Below, in pieces: positions 38,499 to 47,353 of a stretch of DNA of 47,353 nt (position 1 is the first letter of the stretch; each line of letters begins with the position of its first letter). The DNA is taken from the NCBI GenBank assembly GCA_046758745.1, contig JBHIAV010000018.1, forward strand, positions 1 to 47,353, written 5' to 3'. A program made the translations under genes and the position numbers. Under the pieces are notes generated by a model. It saw nothing but the letters and a program-made list of their open reading frames with translations. It was not told the DNA's origin and made no database searches. Source of the stretch: Gemmatimonadota bacterium (GTDB lineage: Bacteria; Gemmatimonadota; Gemmatimonadetes; Palauibacterales; Palauibacteraceae).

Positions 38499-40772
38499 TT
38501 ATCGGTTGTCATCGTGCCGCCTACCGTACCGAGCGTTGATCTCCCGAATCGCCTCAGGATCTCCGACGATGCTCAGCCGGTCGCCCTCTCGAAGTATCGT
38601 GTCGCCGTGAGGGACCAGAATGACCGGGTGGCGGTGTATCAGGGCGACCAGGCTAGCCTGGTGGAGGTCGGCTTCACGCAGGGGGCGACCGATGAGGACG
38701 GCCGAAGGCGTGTTCTGTTGTAGTCGCAGCGAAAGAAACCGCTCGTTTCGCAGAATGGCCTCTTTGAGGTGCTGCTCGTCCGGAACAGACAGCCACTCGT
38801 CCATGAAGTCCTCTTGGGCCACCCGCGCCACGATCTCTGCCAGAATTCGCAAGTGGTTTCCCGGGCTTGGCTCAGGGCTGACCAGGAAAAAAACGGCGTG
38901 AATCCGCTCCCCGTGGGTCCGGGCGAATGTGAACTGGTCGCCCACCGTCACCTGAATGCCCACCAGTGAGCGCATGATCACCATGGCAGGCCTGTTGACT
39001 TCGTGAAGGCGGAGATGCGGAAGCGCCGCTCCGTGTGAGGCCACCGTGGTCCCCGCCCGTATTCCGTGCAGAAACCCTGTGGCGAGCCGTTCCGCGCTGA
39101 CCGGCAGGCGCTGAGAGAGCAGCACCGCTGCTGTCCGAGCTGCGTCCGCAAATGTGGCTTCGGCTGGAAGGTCGACGGGGAAGGCTCCCGCAATGACCTC
39201 ATCGAACGGATCGACCGCGGGCAAACCCTCCTCCTTGAGGAATCCCCGCAGCTCCAGATCCGCACTCTCGAAGCGCCGCTGTCCGAGGCGATCGAACCAG
39301 TGGAAGAGGGCGCCATCGCGTGCGACCCGCTCACGCGCATAGTAGAAGTACCAGGTCAAGCAAACCGCGACCAGTCCGATCGAGAACAGAATGGGCATCA
39401 AGCCCATCTCGGCGATAAGCAGAAACGGAACTAGCAGCCCCACCACTTGAAAGCCGGGATAGAGGGGCGAGCGAAAACCCGGATCGTACGCTCTGAGACC
39501 GCTCTCCCGCATGACGATGACGGCGAGGTTCATCAGCGCGAAGATCAGCAGCAGGAATGCACTGGCCAGCTTCGCAATGCTCACGACATCCAACACTACG
39601 ATGAAAAAGATCATCGACGCTGCCGTCGTGGCGATCGCCAGCGTCGGGGTCTTGAAGCGCCCGACATTCGCGAAGCTGGGCGATATGAGCTGGTCGCGCG
39701 CCATGGCCAGTGGATAGCGAGACGCCGCCAATATTCCCGCGTTTGCAGACGCCGACAGCCCGGCCAGAGCGGGCAGGACAACCAAAGCAAGAGCCACGTG
39801 GCGCGGCACCCAGTGGAAGAAGGCAGTCCCCGCCGTCGCGAATGGTGTCAGATCGCCATGCAAGGCGTCCGGATCGATCGCCGCCACCATCAGGTAGACG
39901 CCGAACAAGTAGATCAGGGAGGCCGTCAGCAAGCCGAGGAAGATTCCAAGCGGGATGGTCCGGTCCGGAGTACGAACCTCTTCGGAAACGCTGGCCACCT
40001 TCAAGGGTCCCGCGAACGAGATGAAGACGAGGCCCATCGTCGCGACCAGGCCCTCGACGCCCAACGGCATGAAAGGCGTGAAACTTCCTTTCATCATCCT
40101 GGAGGCTGGTTGCCCGAAGATGCTGAAGAGTCCCTGCATGACGAACAGCGCCAGGAAGCCCAGCACGACGGCAACCAGGTACCGCTGGAGGCGGCTCGAC
40201 TCCTTCGCTCCGACAACGTTCACCAGTGCGAATATCAGCGTCAGCACGACCGCCAGGGTCTTGATCGGAAGATGCACGAACAGGACCAGGTACGCCCCCA
40301 TGCCGATGAGCGCGAACGCGCTCTTGAGCACCAGTACCAGCCAAGTACCGATGCCGCCGACAGTGCCCACCATCGGCCCAAGGCTTCGATCGAGGAAATA
40401 GTAGGTGCCGCCCGCCCGGGGCATGGCCGTGGAAAGTTCCGCGACACTGAGCGCGGCGGGCAGGACAAGAAAACCGGAAAGGAGGTATGCCAGCACGACG
40501 GAAGGGCCGGCGTTGGCGGCAGCGAGACCGGGAAGCAGAAAGAAGCCGGAGCTGAGCATCGGCCCAAGGCCGATGACGTAGACATCGAAGAGGGTGAGCT
40601 CTTTCCTGAGCTGTTGACGGCCGCTGGATGCCACGGCGCCTCGCTGTCGCGGAATGGAGGAGGTTCGGCCGACGATCGTTGCGGCGGCGAGACCGCGGAC
40701 CGGAGGCTCCGCCACGGCCTGCTTGGGTGGCCGCTGGTCGGCAGCCTGCTTCTCCGCCGCTCCGAGCCGCAC
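38499..40772 (-). CDS. APC-family amino acid/cation permease fused to PTS EIIA-like and RCK_C (TrkA-C) domains
   Basis: SSGFFLLPG, AELSTAMPRAGG, EEV, ASRYP.AMARD; AALPHLR and HLRILA (EIIA); VPHGDTILREGDRL (RCK_C). Confidence 0.9.
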   Translation of the reverse strand: MRLGAAEKQAADQRPPKQAVAEPPVRGLAAATIVGRTSSIPRQRGAVASSGRQQLRKELTLFDVYVIGLGPMLSSGFFLLPGLAAANAGPSVVLAYLLSGFLVLPAALSVAELSTAMPRAGGTYYFLDRSLGPMVGTVGGIGTWLVLVLKSAFALIGMGAYLVLFVHLPIKTLAVVLTLIFALVNVVGAKESSRLQRYLVAVVLGFLALFVMQGLFSIFGQPASRMMKGSFTPFMPLGVEGLVATMGLVFISFAGPLKVASVSEEVRTPDRTIPLGIFLGLLTASLIYLFGVYLMVAAIDPDALHGDLTPFATAGTAFFHWVPRHVALALVVLPALAGLSASANAGILAASRYPLAMARDQLISPSFANVGRFKTPTLAIATTAASMIFFIVVLDVVSIAKLASAFLLLIFALMNLAVIVMRESGLRAYDPGFRSPLYPGFQVVGLLVPFLLIAEMGLMPILFSIGLVAVCLTWYFYYARERVARDGALFHWFDRLGQRRFESADLELRGFLKEEGLPAVDPFDEVIAGAFPVDLPAEATFADAARTAAVLLSQRLPVSAERLATGFLHGIRAGTTVASHGAALPHLRLHEVNRPAMVIMRSLVGIQVTVGDQFTFARTHGERIHAVFFLVSPEPSPGNHLRILAEIVARVAQEDFMDEWLSVPDEQHLKEAILRNERFLSLRLQQNTPSAVLIGRPLREADLHQASLVALIHRHPVILVPHGDTILREGDRLSIVGDPEAIREINARYGRRHDDNR

Positions 40773-41053
40773 GAGGGGTCGGCCAGTGCCACGCCCGGCT
40801 CGTTGCAGCGTACGGCTACGTGCCCTCGGGCACGGGCGGATGCATGTACGTGAACGCGCGGAAGCGCCGTCTACTGGCCAGCCGGGCTACGCGAGTTCCA
40901 GATTGCGATGGTCGAGAGCCATGAACGTTAGCTGTTCCTCGTACACCGCCACCCGTTTGCCCGCTGCAGGCTTCGACGGTGCTGTTGTCACCTTGAATGC
41001 TGTGGGCTAACGTCCTGGCTGTTTCGCCCTTGCCAATATGGACAAATGAATAC

Positions 41054-41371
41054 ATGAAAACAACATCGTATCTCTGGCCCGAGGGAGCCCCACGGCAAGA
41101 TGAGGCACTACCGACCGTCCGCCTGCGAGGCGAGTGGGCCTTCCTGACCAACCATTCCCACGTGCTGATTTGTATCGCGCAGGATCTGGCGTCTCGGACA
41201 CGAGACGTGGCAGCACAGGGGGGGATCACTGAATGGGCCGTGCAGCGCATTATAGCCGAGCTCCCGCCGACGGTGCCGGGAAACGGGAGTCCGGCGCGTG
41301 CCACTTACCCGGCCGAGCTCGCCGCCCGCCGCGCGGTTCAGTTCGGCCAGGGCGGCCAGCTGGCGGACTGA
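41054..41371 (+). pseudogene. Truncated winged-helix (ArsR/MarR-like) regulator
   Basis: [15 protein letters not shown]...RDVA...[14 protein letters not shown]; similarity stops near 41262 and the usual wing (..GY...R.GRRN.Y) is missing. Confidence 0.7.
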
Positions 41372-41372
41372 C

Positions 41373-41852
41373 GTGGAGATTCGAGAGATCGAGCTGCCCG
41401 GCGTCGGGATGAAGTACGCCCTTCGGACGGAGGAGGGGGGGTGCCTCACCATCATCATCCACCACACGGGGCACCGCGAGATCTACTTCTTCGAGAAGGG
41501 CGCCGAATTTCCTTCCTCGGCCAAACGATTCACCGACGTGGAGGGACGGCAGCTCGGCGCCATACTGAGCGGGGCGTATTACCAGCCGGTCGGCGAGGCA
41601 TCGTTGGAGACGGTGCTCGGCCAGCTGACCGTGAACTGGTACCGGGTCTCCGAAGACAGCCGCTTCGCAGGTCGCACGATCGGTGAGTTGGAGATCCGCC
41701 GCCATACCGGCGCCAGCGTCATCGCCGTGATCCGGGAGGGGCGCCCCGCGGTCACCAACCCCAGCCCCGAGGAGCAGATCGAGGTCGGCGACACGCTGAT
41801 GGTCATCGGCTCGCGCGAGCAGATCGAGAGCTTCCGCTCGTTCGCCGGCTAG
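41373..41852 (+). CDS. khtT: K+/H+ antiporter regulatory subunit
   Basis: IRE.ELPGVGMKY, IIHHTG.RE, LGAILSG; RCK_C TGASVIAVIR...NP. Confidence 0.9.
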   Translation: MEIREIELPGVGMKYALRTEEGGCLTIIIHHTGHREIYFFEKGAEFPSSAKRFTDVEGRQLGAILSGAYYQPVGEASLETVLGQLTVNWYRVSEDSRFAGRTIGELEIRRHTGASVIAVIREGRPAVTNPSPEEQIEVGDTLMVIGSREQIESFRSFAG

Positions 41853-41862
41853 CGACCCCCGC

Positions 41863-43023
41863 ATGGCCGGAGACCTGCTTGGCCTGGCGACCCTCCTCCT
41901 CGCCCTCGCCGGGGCCGGCACACTGCTCAAGCGAATCGGCCTGTCCGCGATCCCAGCGTACATCCTGCTCGGCATGGCTGCCGCGACGCTGCACCCGCCG
42001 GCGGGGGTCGTGCGGTTCATGGAGGCGATCGGCATCGCCCTCCTCCTCTTCTTCGTCGGTCTCGAGTTCTCCATTCTGCGGCTGCGCCGCGAGGCAAGGC
42101 GACTCGCCGCCGCGGGCGGAATGGACCTGGCCGTGAACTTCCCTGTGGGACTCGTCGGCGGCTTGCTTTTGGGCTGGGAGCTCCCTGCCGCCTTCCTGTT
42201 GGGGGCCGCACTTTACATCTCGAGCTCCGCCATCGTGGCCCGGAACATCACACTGCTGCGGAGGGCTGCCTTCCCGGAGACGGAAGTGGCACTCGGCGTG
42301 CTGGTGGTGGAAGACCTCATCATCGCCATGATCCTGGCCGGAATCGCCCTGTGGGCATCCGTGCCCGGTCAGCCCCACTCCCCCCTTATGACAGGGACCG
42401 GCATCATCGGCCTCGTCCTCATCCTCACGGTCCTGGCGAGACCGCTCAGCGGACTGCTGGACCGCCTGGGGATGGCGCTGGACGACGAGTCCCTCCTCCT
42501 CTCGATCTCCGGAGTGCTCCTGGTCTTCTCTGGCGTCGCACTCGCGGTCGGGCTGTCGGAGGCGATAGGGGCCTTCGCAGCGGGTCTCCTGGTCGGAGAC
42601 ACGCGACTCGTCAAGCGGGTAGAGGGGCTGCTGAGCCCGTTTCAGGACCTCTTTGCGGTCCTCTTCTTTTTCGCCTTCGGTTTGACGATAGACATCCGGC
42701 AGCTCGGTGCCGTCTGGCTACCCGCTCTCGCCCTTGCCGCGTTCGCCCTCCTCTCGAAACTGATCGGGGGGCATCTGATCGGGCGCTCCGTCGGACTGCC
42801 GTTGGCGTCGCGGGTGAGTCTGGGCTTCACGCTAACGCCGCGGGGGGAGTTCTCCCTGATCGTGGCGGCGTACGGCGCAGCGATCGGTTATCACGACCTG
42901 GCGCCGCTGGTCGCCATGGTGGTGATGCTCCTCGCCATCGCTGGAACTCAGCTCACGCAGGCCGGACCGCGCATCGGGCAGCTGTTGGCGCAACGCCTCG
43001 CGCGCGCCGAGACTGAGGTCTAG
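41863..43023 (+). CDS. khtU: CPA2-family cation:proton antiporter
   Basis: LLLFFVGLEFS, YISSSAI, LVVEDL, IGAF.AG, PRGEFS; directly after khtT. Confidence 0.87.
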   Translation: MAGDLLGLATLLLALAGAGTLLKRIGLSAIPAYILLGMAAATLHPPAGVVRFMEAIGIALLLFFVGLEFSILRLRREARRLAAAGGMDLAVNFPVGLVGGLLLGWELPAAFLLGAALYISSSAIVARNITLLRRAAFPETEVALGVLVVEDLIIAMILAGIALWASVPGQPHSPLMTGTGIIGLVLILTVLARPLSGLLDRLGMALDDESLLLSISGVLLVFSGVALAVGLSEAIGAFAAGLLVGDTRLVKRVEGLLSPFQDLFAVLFFFAFGLTIDIRQLGAVWLPALALAAFALLSKLIGGHLIGRSVGLPLASRVSLGFTLTPRGEFSLIVAAYGAAIGYHDLAPLVAMVVMLLAIAGTQLTQAGPRIGQLLAQRLARAETEV

Positions 43024-43274
43024 TCGATCCCGGCATCGACCTCTGCGGACTGCCGGAGGGGTGCTGGGACTGATCGTCGGCGGAGTCACGGGAGGGGTTG
43101 TCGGCGCCCTCGTCCTCCGCGACGAGAGGTGGAAAGCCCACCCGAATGAGGAGCGATTGGGGCGGCAACGGAAGACCGCCGGTTGGAGGGCAGTCTCCCA
43201 TCGGATCGCCGGCGCGGCGCTCGTGTCCGCCCCTGCAGCCTTCCGCTTGAGCTCAGACGGCGACCCGTTCGAGG

Positions 43275-44147
43275 TCACGACTGGCCGACGGGACCTTCCG
43301 AATGGGCCGAAGCGGCGGTGAGACGCCGCCGCACCCATCGCTCCCCGGGCCTCCATGCAGCCAGCACCGCGATCGTCAGCGTCAGCAGCGCCAGATGCTG
43401 CGTGAGGGCCGATGTGGCGAACAGGGCGGTGGGACGGTTTCCGAGGGCGTGCAATCCCACCACGACCCACAAGTTTCGGGTGATGAGGAAGACGCCGGCC
43501 AGCGCCGCGCCCGCTGCAAACACCCCCAGCAGATCCGGCGCGAAGCCGGCCAAGGGCATCCCGGCCACGATCCGGTTGGGGATGTGGGAGAGGGAGAAGA
43601 CCGCCTGCGAGGCCACCAGCGCCGCGGTGATCAGTCCCGTTCGGCTGGAGATGAGGCGGCGAAATCTGCGGGCGAGCTGCGGAAGGAAGAAGCCGCGGAA
43701 GATCGTCTCCTCCACCAGCGCGTTCCCCAGGAGCTGGGCCAGGAGAGCGCCCAGCATGACGCTCGCCCCCCGGCTTGACCAGTCGCCGTTCCACGCCAGA
43801 ACGTGACCGCGGGCCAGCTCGGACGCGGCGATGAGGAGCTGTACCGATGCCCACACTCCCAGCACGATCGCGATGGCGGGGAAGAGCGCCCGGCGATCCC
43901 AGTAGACGTCCACCAGCCCGAGCCGTCCCACCCGCAGGATGCCCAGGCCGACCACCAGAACGAACATCAGGCCGGACCCGACGAGCGTCGCACGGACCCA
44001 TCCGTGGGTCGCCCGGGCAAGTGTCTCCGGCCAAGGAAGCGAATACAGGACGTTGTTGAGCAGGATGCTGGTGAGGACGACGAGGGCGGCGACGACCGCC
44101 AGCGTCCCCCACGAGACCTCGGGGCCTTTCAGGAGGAAGCGGTACAC
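43275..44147 (-). CDS. CPBP/Abi (CAAX) intramembrane metalloprotease
   Basis: EETIFRG, FSLSH, LHALGN; multiple TM helices; GTG at 44147 inside track ORF 43275..45416. Confidence 0.88.
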   Translation of the reverse strand: MYRFLLKGPEVSWGTLAVVAALVVLTSILLNNVLYSLPWPETLARATHGWVRATLVGSGLMFVLVVGLGILRVGRLGLVDVYWDRRALFPAIAIVLGVWASVQLLIAASELARGHVLAWNGDWSSRGASVMLGALLAQLLGNALVEETIFRGFFLPQLARRFRRLISSRTGLITAALVASQAVFSLSHIPNRIVAGMPLAGFAPDLLGVFAAGAALAGVFLITRNLWVVVGLHALGNRPTALFATSALTQHLALLTLTIAVLAAWRPGERWVRRRLTAASAHSEGPVGQS

Positions 44148-44185
44148 CGCCCCCTGACCGGGGGCGGGCCTGTTCTCCGCCGAGC

Positions 44186-45337
44186 TCAGGCGGTCCCTGC
44201 CCGCACCTGCCGGCTGCCCAGAAGGTTGAGCTTGTACCTTCTGATGGTATCCGCCGTGATGACCGAGCCGGTCGGACTCCGAAAGAAGAGCGCGTCGAAG
44301 GGACACTGCACGATGCACGCACCGCATTGCACGCATCGCTCGATCCCCGGAAGCGTCGCCACGTCTCGCTCCCGATCGACCTCGAAGACGTCCGTGGGAC
44401 ACACCTCTTCGCAGCAGCCGACTCCCCGGCACCGCTCCGCGGCCAGAGCGATCCGTAGCCGCCGGTCCGCGTGGAGCCCGCTCTTGAACACAGGGGTGCT
44501 CCCGGTCAGATCGAGGCTGAGGATCAGCACCACGACGAGCGAGCCAAGCCCCCAGCGGAAGGCCGGCGACCAGGAGAGCTCGCCGACCAGGAGCAGGTAG
44601 CCGACCAGTCCCACCATGAAGAGGCCCCACAGGAGGAGCGGGGCGCCCTGCTCGCCGAAGTCGAAGAAGACGAACCCGACGCTCTTCCCCGTGCGCCGCA
44701 GGCGTCCCTGGTAGAGAGGAAAGCTCAGGAACATGACAAGGGAGATCCCCCACACGAGGGCTACGAGCGGGAGCACTCCCTGCCTCCAGAAGGGCAGGGC
44801 CACGACGCCGAGGAGGGAGAGGGGAAAGGCCCAGGCCACCGCCATCTCCAGCCGCTGCCGCCGCGCGAAGGTCACCGTGCGCATCTCCGGGCTCTTCACG
44901 AGTCCCGCGTCCAGGAAGGCGGGGATCGACCGTGCCTCCACCGGTCCCCAGACGACTTTCCAGCGCGTCTTCCGGTGGATGACCCTTCCCTCGATCCCGG
45001 TGGCGGCGAGCTGCGGGAGGATCACCTGCCGATGGTCGACCAGGTCCTCGATGCCGCTGGTTTTCAGGACCGAAACCACGTCGTGGTTCGTCAGCAGCCC
45101 GCCCGTTGCCGCGCACCAGACGTTGACCCCGCGGCTGTTCGCGACGAGCAGGTAGGCGTCGATCCCCTGCAGCGCGCGCTTCAAACGCTCCACCGTAAGC
45201 CAGAAGTTGCATGTCAGGAAGACCGGCGAGGTCGGGCCGGGATCCCCGATCGTGATGATGCCCGTCCTGCACGGAAAGGGCAGGACGCGCAGAAGGGTCT
45301 GGAGCGCGGTGATGGCGAAGAAGCGGAGACGGCTCAT
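44186..45337 (-). CDS. HgcAB-like fusion: corrinoid-binding domain + TM helices + ferredoxin
   Basis: SPVFLTCNF.LT, cap helix GVNVWCAATGG (NVWCAATGG at 45098-45124), ILPQL.ATG, WGPVEA; ~4-5 TM helices; CRGVGCCEEVCP and CVQCGACIVQCP. Confidence 0.92.
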   Translation of the reverse strand: MSRLRFFAITALQTLLRVLPFPCRTGIITIGDPGPTSPVFLTCNFWLTVERLKRALQGIDAYLLVANSRGVNVWCAATGGLLTNHDVVSVLKTSGIEDLVDHRQVILPQLAATGIEGRVIHRKTRWKVVWGPVEARSIPAFLDAGLVKSPEMRTVTFARRQRLEMAVAWAFPLSLLGVVALPFWRQGVLPLVALVWGISLVMFLSFPLYQGRLRRTGKSVGFVFFDFGEQGAPLLLWGLFMVGLVGYLLLVGELSWSPAFRWGLGSLVVVLILSLDLTGSTPVFKSGLHADRRLRIALAAERCRGVGCCEEVCPTDVFEVDRERDVATLPGIERCVQCGACIVQCPFDALFFRSPTGSVITADTIRRYKLNLLGSRQVRAGTA

Positions 45338-45340
45338 TCC

Positions 45341-46003
45341 TCACGCTCCACCAGGCTTTCGAGCCACCAACTCGCAGAGCCCCCCCAGCGGGCCCGCCCT
45401 GATCGATTCCACGCACAGGCCGGCATCGCTCACTCTGGCGGGCAGGTTGGCGATGGGACGCGTGGTCTGCTGTGTAACGATGTACGCAAGGGCCGCGAGG
45501 GGAACCCGGATCGCGAGCTGCGCGATGCGGCCGAGAGCGCTGTGCGCCCTTACCTCATCCGCCACGAGAAGCAGGCCGCCGGGCTTCAGGATGCGGGCCG
45601 CCTGCCTCAGCGCGTAGCTGAGCTCGTCCTCGCTCAGCTCCGAGAAGCACAGTCCGCTCGCCACCGCATCGTAGCTCCCGCCTTGCTCTTCGTCCAGCTC
45701 GGCCACACCTACCTCCGCCAGCTCGACGCAGTCGGCGAGGCCGGCAGCCGACACCCGCCGGCGTGCGATCTCGAGCATCTCCGGGTTGACGTCGATCCCC
45801 TTCACCGTCGCTCCCCGCAAGGCGATGGGAAGCGTCAGCGCACCGGTCCCGCAGCCCACGTCGAGCACCCTGTATCCGAGCTCGACGCGGCTCGCAAGGC
45901 GACGGTACGCCTTTCCGAGGCGCCCCAGGGCAAGAAGACGAATGCCCAGATCGTACCGGCGCGGCGCGGACTCCAGGATCCGCATGAGGACGTAGGTGCT
46001 CAC
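45341..46003 (-). CDS. cpaM: Class I SAM-dependent methyltransferase (corrinoid protein-associated, CpaM-like)
   Basis: VLDVGCGTG, ILKPGG; N-terminal STYVLMRILESAP.RYD.GI, which I recall as the CpaM family signature; 3 nt upstream of the HgcAB-like gene. Confidence 0.75.
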   Translation of the reverse strand: MSTYVLMRILESAPRRYDLGIRLLALGRLGKAYRRLASRVELGYRVLDVGCGTGALTLPIALRGATVKGIDVNPEMLEIARRRVSAAGLADCVELAEVGVAELDEEQGGSYDAVASGLCFSELSEDELSYALRQAARILKPGGLLLVADEVRAHSALGRIAQLAIRVPLAALAYIVTQQTTRPIANLPARVSDAGLCVESIRAGPLGGLCELVARKPGGA

Positions 46004-46137
46004 CGATTCATCCGTGGCTCCGGATGAGGCTGGGCCACGAGCGGAACCGCCATGGTCCGCACGCTTGCTCCCTCTTCGGCGTTACACGTGGTCATTCAGC
46101 CAGTCCGCCACGACCTGGACCGTTTCCGGGAGGCCGT

Positions 46138-46520
46138 TCACCCCTCTGTCGGCGCGGGCGCGTGTTCGGTGGGGATCTTCGCCGGTACGGCTTGGGCCGA
46201 CCTTCCGACGTAGGGAGGCTCTCCCACCAGCATCTCGTACAGCACACACCCAAGGGAATAGACATCACTCGCCGCACTCGGCTCACGATCGGCAGACGCC
46301 TGCTCGGGACTCATATAACAAGGAGTCCCATCGACAGACCCGGCTCGGTCAGCCTTCCTCCGCCCGCCGCACTGCCCGCGAGCCCGATCCCGAAGTCGGC
46401 TACGAGCGGACGACCCTTGCTCAGGAGGATGATCGCGGGCTTGATGTCCCGATGGATCACGCCTTGCTCCTGTGCTGAATGGAGTGCCTCAGCTACGTCG
46501 GTCGCGATCCTCACAGCTTC
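46138..46520 (-). pseudogene. Ser/Thr protein kinase internal fragment, frameshifted
   Basis: [13 protein letters not shown], then after a frameshift near 46328 [30 protein letters not shown]; 5' half absent. Confidence 0.9.
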
Positions 46521-46842
46521 AGACGTCAGCTTTGGCTCGGCTCCGCTTGCTGCCTCGCTCCTGCGCGACGCGCTCCGCCAGGAAGACCTTGAGCAAGCTT
46601 TGATAGGGAACGTCGCGCTCGTTCGCGAGCGTCTTGAGTTCCTCAAGCAGCGCTTTGGGCAAGCGAAGCGATATCGTCTGGGTGGACGGCTTGAGCGCAG
46701 GGAAGGAACCCGAAACTGACTTCTCCCAATCGAAGTAATCGACGACATCATGCTCGGCCCAGAAGTCCCTCTCCTCATCCTCGGTGCGGAACCTAGGCAT
46801 ACTCTCCTTCACCACTGGCTTCTTCTTACTACGCGCGCTCAT
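46519..46842 (-). CDS. brnA: BrnA/CopG-type antitoxin
   Basis: PRF.TEDEERDFW.EHD, TISLRLP, A.ERDVPYQSLLK; overlaps toxin stop. Confidence 0.9.
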   Translation of the reverse strand: MSARSKKKPVVKESMPRFRTEDEERDFWAEHDVVDYFDWEKSVSGSFPALKPSTQTISLRLPKALLEELKTLANERDVPYQSLLKVFLAERVAQERGSKRSRAKADV

Positions 46843-47134
46843 ACACCCTCCGCTCACGGCGACTCATAGGTCGCGCCGAGATCACGCGGATCAGGGTTCC
46901 GCGGATGGTGAACACGATTGTCAGCCGCCTGCCACCGGCCGTCTGCCCGAGAGCCGCAAACCGCGCCTCATCCTGGGCGTGCTTCGGGTCCGGGGCAATG
47001 ACTACGGGTCGTTGGAAGAAGAGCTGCTCACACTCAGCCGCTGAGACCTGGTGGCGCTCCCGGTTCTTCTGGATGTTGTCGGCATCCCATTGAAAGCCGG
47101 TACACGCCTTGAGTTCCTCGGGCCACTCACCCAT
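46829..47134 (-). CDS. brnT: BrnT family ribonuclease toxin
   Basis: GFQWD..N..KN..RH.VS, E.RF..LG, IVFTIR, IRVISAR.MS.RER..YE. Confidence 0.93.
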   Translation of the reverse strand: MGEWPEELKACTGFQWDADNIQKNRERHQVSAAECEQLFFQRPVVIAPDPKHAQDEARFAALGQTAGGRRLTIVFTIRGTLIRVISARPMSRRERRVYERA

Positions 47135-47182
47135 TGTGACAGTATATGATGAATATATACGTATGGCAACAGTATTCTGTAC

Positions 47183-47290
47183 GTCCAACGTTCGGCGGCT
47201 CACCTGCGGGCCGCGTCCGCTTACGCAGGTGCAACTTTCGCCTGCGACAAGCCGTAGGCGTGGCCCACCAGGTGCAGCCGCGTGTTAGCG
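47183..47290 (-). mobile_element. Integron attC recombination site (108 bp)
   Basis: Minus strand: R'' CGCTAAC, L'' GCTGCACC, long imperfect hairpin, L' GGTGAGC (one base shorter, giving an extrahelical base), R' GTTGGAC = GTTRRRY. Confidence 0.82.
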
Positions 47291-47298
47291 GGCGTTGC

Positions 47299-47353
47299 GG
47301 TACAACCCGGGTACATAGGTGACAGATGTCCGGGCACATGGGTGACACTTCTC
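47299..47353. mobile_element. Terminal repeat region of an IS481-family-like element (cut by window end)
   Basis: GGTACA then two copies of CCGGGYACATRGGTGACA (47307-47324, 47330-47347), the tandem subterminal pattern of IS481-type ends. Confidence 0.65.

Noticed and set aside
40925-41013. ACGTTAGC...GCTAACGT inverted repeat as a second attC
   Set aside because: Boxes are in the wrong order and there are no L boxes or pairing arms
44186-45337. Calling this a true mercury-methylation hgcA/hgcB locus
   Set aside because: Fused form, cap-helix variant lacking GK, no HgcB terminal cysteines; activity cannot be inferred from sequence

Overview
GC-rich bacterial chromosome segment, probably Gemmatimonadota (inferred from protein types, not verified). 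The first ~37 kb is mostly housekeeping and envelope genes: DUF192, archease, fur, pyrE, nfuA, a baeRF3-type release-factor homologue, a peptidase/propeller/Omp85 protein, rlpA, metE, an orphan cytochrome b, secreted beta-propeller lipoproteins, an internally deleted M16 protease, E. coli-type frdABCD, a catalytically degenerate sensor kinase and an Flp pilin. It also holds a 4-gene outer-membrane-channel operon behind two tandem DtxR/MntR-type operators, a PilX-like pilin, and a PA2779-like double-glycine precursor paired with a C39 peptidase-TPR-POTRA-Omp85 fusion. From ~37.2 kb the sequence is a patchwork accessory region: APC-PTS IIA-RCK_C transporter, khtT/khtU, a methyltransferase + HgcAB-like corrinoid/ferredoxin fusion + CAAX protease operon, kinase and regulator remnants, a BrnT/BrnA toxin-antitoxin pair next to an integron attC site, and an IS481-type end where the window stops. 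No rRNA, tRNA or CRISPR array was recognised. All calls come from reading motifs by eye; no searches were run.
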